Below are positions 37,080 to 46,140 of a DNA stretch of 64,000 nt, piece by piece. Each line of letters starts with the position of its first letter. Within the stretch, counting starts at the first letter, position 1. The translations under genes and the position numbers were made by a program. Location: contig OZ223236.1 of assembly GCA_965140445.1 (NCBI GenBank), forward strand, positions 704,001 to 768,000, in the 5' to 3' direction. Source of the DNA: Candidatus Ozemobacteraceae bacterium. Lineage in GTDB: Bacteria; Muiribacteriota; Ozemobacteria; Ozemobacterales; Ozemobacteraceae. A model generated the notes under the pieces. It searched no databases and was not told where the DNA came from. It saw nothing but the letters and a program-made list of their open reading frames with translations.

Positions 37080-39098
37080 ATGTCAAAAGAAAAACAAACA
37101 CTAATAGTAGACAATAAAGAAGTTAAAATCGAAGGCGAAAGAAACCTTCTTGAATTAATTAGAAAAGCTGGAATCGAGATTCCTACCTTCTGCTATCACT
37201 CCGAACTAAGCATTTATGGTGCATGTCGTTTGTGCCTGGTTGATGTTGAGGGAAGAGGAATTCAGGCTTCCTGCTCAGTCATACCCGAAGCCGGAATGAA
37301 AATTCGCACTTCAACCGAAGAAATTCGTGAAATTCGCAAAATCTCAGTTGAACTTCTTCTTGCAAACCATTCTGTAGAATGCCCAACTTGCCCTAAGAGC
37401 TCTTCATGTAAGCTCGAAGATATAGCTCGCAAGCTTGGGGTTAAAGAAGTTCGCTTCAAAAAAGCATACAAGCCTATTCCAAAAGATTTTTCATCTGATT
37501 CTCTGGTAAGAGATCCCAACAAATGTATTCTTTGTGGCGACTGTGTAAGATACTGCAAAGAAATCCAAAGCGTTGGCGCAATTGATTTTGCATATCGCGG
37601 TAAAGACACAATTGTTACTCCAGCTTTTAATAAGGACATGGCAAGCGTTGAATGTGTAAACTGTGGCCAGTGTGCTGCTGTTTGCCCTGTAGGAGCCATA
37701 ACTGTTAAGTCTGAAGTTGATAAGGTTTTTAAAGAACTGGATAATCAGGAAAAAACAGTTGTTGTCCAGATTGCTCCAGCAGTGCGGGTTGCACTTGGTG
37801 AACAATTCGGCATGACTTCTGGTGATATTGTAACTGGAAAAATTACCGCTGCTCTTAAAGCAATGGGCTTTGCAAAAGTTTTCGATACTTCTTTTGCAGC
37901 TGATCTTACAGTAGTTGAAGAAGCAAATGAATTTCTCACCAGAATGCAGAAAGGCGAAAATCTTCCTCAGTTTACTTCTTGTTGCCCTGGCTGGGTAAAA
38001 TTTGCCGAACAATACTATCCGGAAATTATTCCTGGTTTATCTTCTTGTAAGTCTCCCCAGCAGATGTTTGGTGCGCTTGGAAGAGAAGTCTTGCCAGAGT
38101 TGCTTGGCGTAAAAAATGAAAACCTTGTTATCGTTTCGATAATGCCTTGCACGGCCAAGAAATATGAAGCTCGCCGCGATGAATTCAAGAAAGATGGAAT
38201 CGCAGAAGTTGATTATGTTCTTACCACCCAGGAACTTAGCCAGATGATCGAAGCTTATGGAATCAAATTTAACGAACTGGAGCCAGAATCCTTGGATCTT
38301 CCATTGGGATTCAAAACAGGCGCAGGCGTAATTTTCGGAACATCTGGTGGCGTTACAGAAGCGGTTCTTCGCTATTCAGTAGAAAAGCTTACCGGTAGAA
38401 AACTTGAGAACGTAGACTTTGACTGTGTTCGCGGTGAAGATGGGTTACGCGAAGTTTCCCTGAATGTTGAAGGAACTGAAGTTAAACTTTGCGTGGTTCA
38501 CGGGTTAAAGAATGCAAGAAAAGTTGCTGAACAGGTTAAAGCTGGAACTTGTCCTTATCACATAATCGAAGTTATGGCATGTCCTGGTGGATGTGTTGGT
38601 GGAGCAGGACAGCCCATCAATCATGAAACCAGAGCAACTGTTAAACGCAGAGCAAAAGGCCTTTACGAAGCAGACAAAATGCTTCAATTACATACCTCAC
38701 AGGAAAATCCTTACATCCAGGAAACTTATGAAAAGACTCTTGGCGAAATAGGGGGCCACAAGGCGCACGAATTGCTCCATACTACTTACCAGTCACGAAA
38801 GAGGATTTCCGACAAAGGAATGGCTCTTATGACCGGAACAGATGCAGAAAAAATTGATATCAAAGTCTGTGTTGGAACCAACTGCTATTTAAAAGGTTCT
38901 CAGGATATCCTGAAATCTCTCACAAAATACGTTACCAATAACAATCTTGAATCCTCTGTAGACATACAGGCGACATTCTGCTTTGAAAACTGCGGAAAAG
39001 CTCCAAATCTCATGGTTGGCGATCTGCTTATCAGCGAAGGCAATCACGAGAAAGCCGTAAAGGCTATTGAAGCTGCACTTCGCAAAAAATCATCCTAG
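37080..39098 (+). CDS. hydA: [FeFe] hydrogenase catalytic subunit (trimeric, group A3 type) with C-terminal thioredoxin-like 2Fe-2S domain
   Basis: H-cluster motifs FTSCCPGW, MPCTAKKYE, EVMACPGGCVGGAGQP; N-terminal FeS clusters; C-terminal CVGTNC..CFENC. Confidence 0.96.
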   Translation: MSKEKQTLIVDNKEVKIEGERNLLELIRKAGIEIPTFCYHSELSIYGACRLCLVDVEGRGIQASCSVIPEAGMKIRTSTEEIREIRKISVELLLANHSVECPTCPKSSSCKLEDIARKLGVKEVRFKKAYKPIPKDFSSDSLVRDPNKCILCGDCVRYCKEIQSVGAIDFAYRGKDTIVTPAFNKDMASVECVNCGQCAAVCPVGAITVKSEVDKVFKELDNQEKTVVVQIAPAVRVALGEQFGMTSGDIVTGKITAALKAMGFAKVFDTSFAADLTVVEEANEFLTRMQKGENLPQFTSCCPGWVKFAEQYYPEIIPGLSSCKSPQQMFGALGREVLPELLGVKNENLVIVSIMPCTAKKYEARRDEFKKDGIAEVDYVLTTQELSQMIEAYGIKFNELEPESLDLPLGFKTGAGVIFGTSGGVTEAVLRYSVEKLTGRKLENVDFDCVRGEDGLREVSLNVEGTEVKLCVVHGLKNARKVAEQVKAGTCPYHIIEVMACPGGCVGGAGQPINHETRATVKRRAKGLYEADKMLQLHTSQENPYIQETYEKTLGEIGGHKAHELLHTTYQSRKRISDKGMALMTGTDAEKIDIKVCVGTNCYLKGSQDILKSLTKYVTNNNLESSVDIQATFCFENCGKAPNLMVGDLLISEGNHEKAVKAIEAALRKKSS

Positions 39099-39117
39099 TG
39101 TACACTCCAACAGTTGG

Positions 39118-39160
39118 GGCCCGGAGTTGTTTAAATGCAACTCCGCGGGCCTTCTCTTTT
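39118..39160 (+). terminator. Terminator after hydA
   Basis: GGCCCGGAGTTG...CAACTCCGCGGGCC followed by TTCTCTTTT. Confidence 0.65.
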
Positions 39161-39310
39161 GGCTCAAACTGGAAGACATTCCAGATTCCTATATCTCTCC
39201 ATCCTTAGTTGGATCTGGGAGCTAGCCCTCCCAGATTCCAGCTAAATCTTCAAAAACTTGAATTCAGAGTCCGATCGAAACTGAATTTTTTTTATATAAA
39301 TTTTCTGGTG

Positions 39311-39328
39311 TTGTGAAAAAAATCACGA
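39311..39328. promoter_or_regulatory. Rex-type operator upstream of the sensory hydrogenase cluster
   Basis: TTGTGAA-AAAA-ATCACGA. Confidence 0.7.
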
Positions 39329-39444
39329 AACCAAAACCCTACGAATGCAATAGGTGAAATTCCTTTGCAGAAAGCTTTTAAAGACTTAAGCAAAGCATTA
39401 CAAACGCGAAAGATCTAATTTTTTTGTTGCCTTAACAGGGAAAG

Positions 39445-39717
39445 GTGATAGCCATGGGGAATGAAAGTAAACACAAGATAACGATTTGTATGGGTAGTTC
39501 CTGCTTTACCAGAGGAAACAACAAGAGTGTTGAGATAGTTAAAACCTATCTTGAGCAAAACAATCTGGAAGCCGAAGTCGAATTTGTTGGTAGTCTTTGC
39601 CACAATAAGTGCAAATGCGGGCCAATAATAATCGTCGACGATCAGGTGTTTGAAAGGGTCTCTACTCAGTCAGTGACTGAGATTCTTGATCACGTGTTCA
39701 ACGGAGGTGCAGTATGA
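39445..39717 (+). CDS. Thioredoxin-like [2Fe-2S] ferredoxin (HfsA-like)
   Basis: ICMGSSCFTRGN, GSLCHNKCKCGP; start GTG 39445 or ATG 39454. Confidence 0.85.
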   Translation: MIAMGNESKHKITICMGSSCFTRGNNKSVEIVKTYLEQNNLEAEVEFVGSLCHNKCKCGPIIIVDDQVFERVSTQSVTEILDHVFNGGAV

Positions 39718-41453
39718 ACGAATTAATGCCCGTTTTCACCCAGAAGGCCGATTGCCAGGACTGCTACAAATGTGTTCGCGAATGCCCTGTAAAAGCAATT
39801 AAAATTGAAAACAACAGCGCAGCTATAATTGAAGATCTCTGCATTCACTGCGGAAGATGTGTTCAGGTTTGCCCGGTGGGAGCCAAAAAGGTTAGAGACG
39901 ATATTGATCATGTCAGACAGTTGTTTAATCTTGGGCGAAAAGTATATGTCTCTCTTGCTCCCTCCTGGAAAGTAGAATTTACAGGATTAGAGAAGTCTCA
40001 AATAATAGATTCCCTTATGAAGTTAGGTTTTGCTGGGGTGTCTGAAACCGCGCTGGGAGCTCAGGAAGTTTCATCCCACATTGCTTCGTTTTTAAACAAT
40101 TCTTCGGGAAAAATTTTTCTTTCCTCTGCTTGTCCTACTGTCGTAGAAATGATCTATAAGTATCATCCTGAATATTCAGATTATGTGACGCCTCTTTTTT
40201 CTCCTGCTGTTTCACATGCTTATTTACTAAAAGAAACTTTTGGAAACGAAATCGATGTTGTGTTTATTGGTCCATGTGTTGGCAAAAAAACTGAATCTGA
40301 TCGCCATCAGGACTTTTTGAGCTGTTCTTTAACTTTTGAAGATCTGCACAAATGGTTAGAAAGAGAAGGAGTCGTTCCAGAAAGCTTTGCCAGATCAAGT
40401 GGTTCTGATTTTGTCCCAAAGAGTGCTTCTGAAGGCGGATTATATCCAATTGATGGTGGTATGATTACTGGGATAAAAGAAGGCTGCACCAAAGATAATT
40501 CGGAATTCATGTGTTTTTCTGGAATTTCAGCTATTAATTCCGCTCTAAAAGAAATCGAAAATTTCAGATCCGGCAAAAATCTTTTTATAGAGCTTATGGC
40601 CTGTCCTGGCGGATGCGTGAACGGGCCTTTAATGCGCAATGAAAATGCTACCGCAAGAAAAAATTCAAAAATTGTAAACAGCGTTGAATATGAAAAAAAT
40701 CTTGTTCCAAGAGTGCCGACGCTGGATATTTCTACAGAATTTTACATTTTGCCTATTGAAAAGCACAGGTATTCAGAAAGCAGAATTCAAAGTGCTCTAA
40801 GAAAAATAGGAAAGTTTACTTCCCGTGATGAACTGAATTGTGGCAGCTGTGGCTACGATTCCTGCAGAGATTTCGGTATTGCCCTGCTCGATGGCAAAGC
40901 TCAGGAGAATATGTGTGTGTCTTTTATGCGGAAACTGGCCAGCAAAAAGGCGAATGCATTGATTAGAACCATGCCTGCAGGAGTGGTTATTGTGAACTCA
41001 GATCTATCGATTATTGAGTGTAACCGTCGCTTTGCATCTATTTTTGGTTCTGACACAGAAATGGTTTTCGATGCTTCCCCTGGCATGGAAGGCGCTGGCA
41101 TTCAGAAGATCATTCCTTTCTTTAAGGCATTTAAAAAAGTTCTTGTAACCGGTGAAGACTGGTTAGATAAAGACATCTCATACAATGACAAACAGCTGAA
41201 TGTTTCAATTTTTACCATAGAAAAGCATCGGGTTGTGGGCGCAGTAATTCAGGATATTCAGGTCCCGCATGTGCGCAGAGATCAAGTTGTAAAAAGAGTT
41301 GAAGATGTAATTAATCTTAACCTGCAAACGGTTCAGAAAATAGCTTACCTTCTGGGTGAGAATGCCTCTGAAACAGAAATTATGCTCAATGGAGTTCTGG
41401 AAGCCTTTGGGCAGAAAGCTACCGAAATTGAGGAAATAAAAAATGTCTCATAA
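39714..41453 (+). CDS. hydS: Putative sensory [FeFe] hydrogenase with FeS and PAS domains (HydS/HfsB-like, group C)
   Basis: CQDCYKCVRECP; altered H-cluster motifs SSACP, GPCVGKKTE, ELMACPGGCVNGP; LNCGSCGYDSC; C-terminal PAS. Confidence 0.9.
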   Translation: MNELMPVFTQKADCQDCYKCVRECPVKAIKIENNSAAIIEDLCIHCGRCVQVCPVGAKKVRDDIDHVRQLFNLGRKVYVSLAPSWKVEFTGLEKSQIIDSLMKLGFAGVSETALGAQEVSSHIASFLNNSSGKIFLSSACPTVVEMIYKYHPEYSDYVTPLFSPAVSHAYLLKETFGNEIDVVFIGPCVGKKTESDRHQDFLSCSLTFEDLHKWLEREGVVPESFARSSGSDFVPKSASEGGLYPIDGGMITGIKEGCTKDNSEFMCFSGISAINSALKEIENFRSGKNLFIELMACPGGCVNGPLMRNENATARKNSKIVNSVEYEKNLVPRVPTLDISTEFYILPIEKHRYSESRIQSALRKIGKFTSRDELNCGSCGYDSCRDFGIALLDGKAQENMCVSFMRKLASKKANALIRTMPAGVVIVNSDLSIIECNRRFASIFGSDTEMVFDASPGMEGAGIQKIIPFFKAFKKVLVTGEDWLDKDISYNDKQLNVSIFTIEKHRVVGAVIQDIQVPHVRRDQVVKRVEDVINLNLQTVQKIAYLLGENASETEIMLNGVLEAFGQKATEIEEIKNVS

Positions 41454-42627
41454 AGAGTGCTACATAGATATTGATTACCAGCAGCGCTTCTGCGACGGGG
41501 AAAGAACTGGCGGTGACGTTTTTCTTTCGCGCAAGCTTAAGAATCAGCATCGTGTTATATCGGTTCTTTCTGATGGCCTTGGCAGTGGGGTTAAGGCCTC
41601 TGTTCTTGCTACCTTAACCTCCACAATGGGGCTAAACTACATTGCTAACTTCAAGGACATTGGCAAGTCTGCACAGATAATAATGGATACATTGCCGGTA
41701 TGCTCAGAGCGACGGATTAGCTACTCAACTTTTACCATGGTCGATGTTGATTTTGAGAACGAAACCCGGGTGGTCGAATATGATAATCCGCCGTGCTTGC
41801 TGATGCGTAACAACAAAAGATTTGAACTGGAAAAATCAGCCATTGAGGTCGGTAAAAATGGTGATCCTAAATCGGTAAATCTTGCTCAATTTAATGCCCA
41901 ATTGGGAGATCGTTTGATTTTTTACTCTGATGGGGTAAGTCAAAGCGGTATGGGGTCCCCTAGAATGCCTTTTGGCTGGGGAAATGACCAGATAAGCCTT
42001 TTCGTTGAGCAAAAATTACAGGCCGATCCTGAGATTTCTGCTTCAGATCTTGCTTCTTTGGTGGTTGAACAAGCTTATTTAAATAATACATACCATGCAT
42101 TAGATGACATTACCTGTGGTGTAATCTACTTCAGGCGCCCTAGAAGATTGCTTATCATGACTGGTGCGCCCTACGATAAAAATAAGGATAAGCTCTTAGC
42201 TGAGCTTGCCGGGAGCTTTCCGGGAAAAAGAATTATTTGTGGCGGCACAACTGCAAATATTATTTCACGTGAAACAGGCAAACCAACCTATGTAAATCTG
42301 AACAAAATTGACCCCGAGTTGCCACCCACTTCTACAATGGAAGGAGTGGACCTCATTACCGAAGGAATTCTAACTATCGGAAGGGTTGCAAAGTATCTTG
42401 AAGAGAAAAGGACCCTTGACAGGCTTCCTGATAACGCCGCAGGAAAGATCATGAAATTTCTGCTAAATAGCGATATCATTGAATTTAAGGTTGGGACTAG
42501 AGTGAATGAATTTCATCAGGACCCAAATATGCCAGTTGAGCTGGAAATCAGGCGCAATGTTATTAAAAAGATAGCTGCGCTTCTCGAAGAGCATTACCTT
42601 AAGGAAACCTGTATTAAATACATTTAG
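41443..42627 (+). CDS. SpoIIE/PP2C-type Ser/Thr phosphatase (HfsC-like)
   Basis: GGDVF, VLSDGLGSG, FYSDGV, LDDIT; C-terminal ICGGTTA..LITEG domain. Confidence 0.9.
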   Translation: MSHKECYIDIDYQQRFCDGERTGGDVFLSRKLKNQHRVISVLSDGLGSGVKASVLATLTSTMGLNYIANFKDIGKSAQIIMDTLPVCSERRISYSTFTMVDVDFENETRVVEYDNPPCLLMRNNKRFELEKSAIEVGKNGDPKSVNLAQFNAQLGDRLIFYSDGVSQSGMGSPRMPFGWGNDQISLFVEQKLQADPEISASDLASLVVEQAYLNNTYHALDDITCGVIYFRRPRRLLIMTGAPYDKNKDKLLAELAGSFPGKRIICGGTTANIISRETGKPTYVNLNKIDPELPPTSTMEGVDLITEGILTIGRVAKYLEEKRTLDRLPDNAAGKIMKFLLNSDIIEFKVGTRVNEFHQDPNMPVELEIRRNVIKKIAALLEEHYLKETCIKYI

Positions 42628-42642
42628 ATCTGGAGCAAAACA

Positions 42643-42891
42643 ATGGGCGAAAAAATTAAAGTTATGATCTGTTCTGGGACAACATGCTATGTGCTTGGTG
42701 GAGCTCAATTGATGATGCTTGAAGATATGTTGCCTCCCGATCTTAAGGATCGCGTAGAGATAGTGGGCTCCACATGCCTGGAAGCTTGCAAAGGGAAGGG
42801 CGCAAAGAAGCCTCCGTTTGTCAAAGTTAACGATGTTTTAATTGGTGAAGCATCGGTTCCAGGAGTAATTGAATATCTGCGCAAGCTTTAA
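42643..42891 (+). CDS. Thioredoxin-like [2Fe-2S] ferredoxin
   Basis: ICSGTTCYVLG, STCLEAC, PPFVKVN. Confidence 0.85.
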   Translation: MGEKIKVMICSGTTCYVLGGAQLMMLEDMLPPDLKDRVEIVGSTCLEACKGKGAKKPPFVKVNDVLIGEASVPGVIEYLRKL

Positions 42892-42918
42892 GCGCTCGAT
42901 TAATACAGGTGGTTCAAT

Positions 42919-44361
42919 ATGAAATACTTGAATAATGCAGCAATAATTAAAAGAGAATTGATGGTTCGGCTTGCGCGATTATTTTTTAATGATCAGCATA
43001 AGACCCACATTAATCAGATACCATTCCAGCAGATCCCAAAAGATTCAGCCGCAGTTAGATGCTGCATTCATCATGATAGAGCGGTTGTAAAAAATAGAAT
43101 CATGGCATTGCTCGGCTTTTCCATGGAAGAGCAGTCCGCTGAAGATGAATATCGCCAGCTTGATACTTACCTTGATGAAGCTATTGAGCGGGGTGATTCG
43201 CGTCTGGAAGGCAACGTTCTTACCGTGATAGATGAGGCTTGTAGTTCATGTGTTCGAGCTAATTACCGGGTTACCGACGCATGCAGGGGCTGTGTCGCTC
43301 GTCTTTGCATAATGAATTGCCCTAAAAAAGCTATTGATATAGTTGACGGCCGCGCGGTAATAAACGAAAAGCTTTGTGTCAGCTGTGGAATTTGCGAAAA
43401 AGCCTGTCCCTATCATTCCATAATTTACCAGCCAATTCCCTGCGAAGAATCTTGCCCGGTAGGAGCAATTTCTCAGGATGAGCGCGGGAAAGAAAAAATT
43501 GATGATGAAAAGTGCATTTATTGCGGAAAATGCATGATGGCTTGTCCATTTGGAGCCATAATGGAGCGCTCGGAGTTGTTCGATATTCTTCGATCTCTTA
43601 CTTCTGAGACCAAAACGGTTGCAATGGTTGCTCCCGCAATTATTGGGCAGTTCAATACTGATTTTGAAAAAATAGTTACTGCGTTAAAAAAACTTGGATT
43701 TGATGCGGTTGTTGAAGTCGCTTATGGAGCAGATTTAACCGCAGTTGCCGAAACTGAAGAGCTGCGAGAAAGATTTGATGCGGGAGCAGTAAGAATGACC
43801 TCTTCATGTTGTCCTGCGTATGTTTCGGCGGTAGAAAAGCATATGGAACCCCTTAAGGGAATTATTTCTCATACTCCAAGCCCCATGATTTTTACTGCAA
43901 AATGGGCAGATAAAGAGTTTCCAGGGGCTATGAAAGTTTTTATTGGCCCTTGTGTTGCTAAACGCATCGAGGCCAGGAAAGCAGACGAAGTCGATCACGT
44001 AATGACTTTTGAAGAACTCGGTTCTTTACTCGTTGCCAAAGACATAGATGTTCTGGAATGTGAGCCTTCCAAACCTGACCGCGAAGCTTCAAATGCTGGC
44101 AGGGGATTTGCTATTTCAGGTGGAGTGGCTGAAGCTATAAAAAATGCTTTGGCAGCTGATGGCAAAGAAATAAATGTGAAGTGTTTTGACGGAATAGATA
44201 AAAAGACGGTTCCAGTTCTTAAGATGGCTGAAAAAACCGTTCCTGAAAATAGCTTTATCGAGGTTATGACCTGCACCGGCGGATGCATGAACGGTCCTGG
44301 CGTAATTAGTAACCCTATAGTCGGCACTAGACTATTAAAAAAGGCCCTTGAAAAGAAATAG
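42919..44361 (+). CDS. Monomeric [FeFe] hydrogenase (group B-like)
   Basis: RCCIHHDR; CSSC..Y.VTDACRGC.AR.C..NCP; TSSCCPAY, GPCVAKRIE, EVMTCTGGCMNGPG. Confidence 0.88.
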   Translation: MKYLNNAAIIKRELMVRLARLFFNDQHKTHINQIPFQQIPKDSAAVRCCIHHDRAVVKNRIMALLGFSMEEQSAEDEYRQLDTYLDEAIERGDSRLEGNVLTVIDEACSSCVRANYRVTDACRGCVARLCIMNCPKKAIDIVDGRAVINEKLCVSCGICEKACPYHSIIYQPIPCEESCPVGAISQDERGKEKIDDEKCIYCGKCMMACPFGAIMERSELFDILRSLTSETKTVAMVAPAIIGQFNTDFEKIVTALKKLGFDAVVEVAYGADLTAVAETEELRERFDAGAVRMTSSCCPAYVSAVEKHMEPLKGIISHTPSPMIFTAKWADKEFPGAMKVFIGPCVAKRIEARKADEVDHVMTFEELGSLLVAKDIDVLECEPSKPDREASNAGRGFAISGGVAEAIKNALAADGKEINVKCFDGIDKKTVPVLKMAEKTVPENSFIEVMTCTGGCMNGPGVISNPIVGTRLLKKALEKK

Positions 44362-44370
44362 GAGCGGCAT

Positions 44371-46140
44371 ATGAACAGCGAAGAAAAAAAGCATCGACAA
44401 GTGGTTTTCACAAATAAGGCGGAGTGCCGTGATTGCTACAGATGTTTGCGCGTTTGCCCTGTTAAGGCCATCAAAATGAGTGGTGGTCAGGCCAGCGTCG
44501 AAGAAGATCGCTGTATTGCCTGTGGGACATGTATCAGGGAATGCCCTCAGGGAGCCAAAACTTTTCGCAATGATCTGGAAAGTGCCATCAAGCTTATCAG
44601 TGAAAACAAGATTGTTGCAGCTACCGTTGCCCCTTCTTTTGCAGCTTTCTTTAAAGAGTGGGAGGCAAAAAGGCTTCCATCTGCTTTGAGAAAATTAGGT
44701 TTTTCTTTTGTAGCTGAAACAGCAGTTGGAGCATACCCTGCGGCCATAGAAAGCTTGAAGAAAAGAAAAAAGAACACCAGCTCAATCTGCACAGCATGCC
44801 CTGCTGTGGTAGGTTTTGTGGAAAAATATATGCCGGATTTGACAGAGAATCTTGTTGAAGTCGCTTCTCCAATGATAACTCACGGTCGAATGCTAAAAAA
44901 GAAGCTTGGCTCAGAAGCTAAAGTTATTTTTATTGGGCCTTGTGTCGCAAAAAAAGCAGAGGCCGAAAAAAAAGGTTTAGAAGGGGTTATTGATTGCGTT
45001 TTAACCTTTTCAGAGTTGAACGAGTGGTTTGAACGGGAAAATGTTCAACTGGATCGCATTCTTGACAGCAATTTTGATGAAGAACCAGCTGGCGATGCCA
45101 GATTCTTTCCCCTTCCTGGTGGGCTTACCCGAACAGCTTCTTTGGGAGCAGACGCTCTGGCCGCCGATGTAGTCGCTGTTAGTGGAATAGATGATGTTAG
45201 AAAGCTTCTTGAAAACCTGAGAACCAATGATTCCAATTTGCTTGTAGAACCTTTATTTTGTTCTCAGGGCTGTGTTAATGGTCCCGCAGTGCCGGTTGAA
45301 AGAAATTTGTTCAACTGTAGAAGTCAGGTTTTAAAATACGCGGCGGATCATAAGGGCCGAAGCCCTGCTGATAATGATGCAGACGCTAATGCTGGCGCAA
45401 TTTATACAGCAGATTCAAAAGCAGATGAAAAATCATTTAGCGAACAGGAAATTCAAAAAGTTCTGGAAGCAACTGGTAAGTCCAATCCCGAAGATCAGTT
45501 GGATTGTGGGGCTTGCGGCTATCAAACCTGCCGGGAAAAGGCCATTGCAGTTCTAAGAGGTTTGGCTGAAACAGAAATGTGTATTCCTTATATGCGCAGA
45601 TTAGCTGAACAAAGAACAGACCGAATTATTGAAACAAGTCCCAATGGAATTGTTATTCTCGATGACAAGCTCAATATAATAAGTATGAATCCAGCATTCC
45701 GAAAAATGTTCTATTGCTCTGAGGCTGTTCTTGGAAAGCATGTGTCTTATCTTGTCGATCCGCAGCCGTTTGAAAAGATTCTTACTCAAGAGCAGAGAAT
45801 TGTAGAAGAGACTGTAACTCACAGCAAATATAATCTGATCGCACATCAGATTATTTATCCGCTTGAGGCCGAAAAACAGATTGTTGGAATCTTTGTAAAT
45901 ATAACCAATAGTAAGCAAAGCCAGGAAGAATTAGCCAATTTACGCTCTAAAACTATTAAACAAGCCAGAGAAATGCTTGAGCACCAGATCAGTATGGCCC
46001 AGCAAATTGCATTGTATCTGGGGGAAAGTACTGCCAGAGGTGAAGATTTAATCGAAAATCTTATGAAAATGGCTGCTGACGATAACGAAGAAGAAAGAAA
46101 AAAGAACAGGTCAAGATGGGATATATTCACGTCGAAGTAG
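44371..46140 (+). CDS. hydS: Second PAS-containing sensory [FeFe] hydrogenase (HydS/HfsB-like)
   Basis: CRDCYRCLRVCP; ICTACP, GPCVAKKAE, EPLFCSQGCVNGP; LDCGACGYQTC; PAS (IIETSPNGIVILD..MNPAF). Confidence 0.88.
   Translation: MNSEEKKHRQVVFTNKAECRDCYRCLRVCPVKAIKMSGGQASVEEDRCIACGTCIRECPQGAKTFRNDLESAIKLISENKIVAATVAPSFAAFFKEWEAKRLPSALRKLGFSFVAETAVGAYPAAIESLKKRKKNTSSICTACPAVVGFVEKYMPDLTENLVEVASPMITHGRMLKKKLGSEAKVIFIGPCVAKKAEAEKKGLEGVIDCVLTFSELNEWFERENVQLDRILDSNFDEEPAGDARFFPLPGGLTRTASLGADALAADVVAVSGIDDVRKLLENLRTNDSNLLVEPLFCSQGCVNGPAVPVERNLFNCRSQVLKYAADHKGRSPADNDADANAGAIYTADSKADEKSFSEQEIQKVLEATGKSNPEDQLDCGACGYQTCREKAIAVLRGLAETEMCIPYMRRLAEQRTDRIIETSPNGIVILDDKLNIISMNPAFRKMFYCSEAVLGKHVSYLVDPQPFEKILTQEQRIVEETVTHSKYNLIAHQIIYPLEAEKQIVGIFVNITNSKQSQEELANLRSKTIKQAREMLEHQISMAQQIALYLGESTARGEDLIENLMKMAADDNEEERKKNRSRWDIFTSK

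Noticed and set aside
35622..38687. Long antisense ORFs (up to 207 aa) within hydB/hydA, and similar ones elsewhere
   Set aside because: Codon-bias shadows of highly conserved genes, with no SD or motifs
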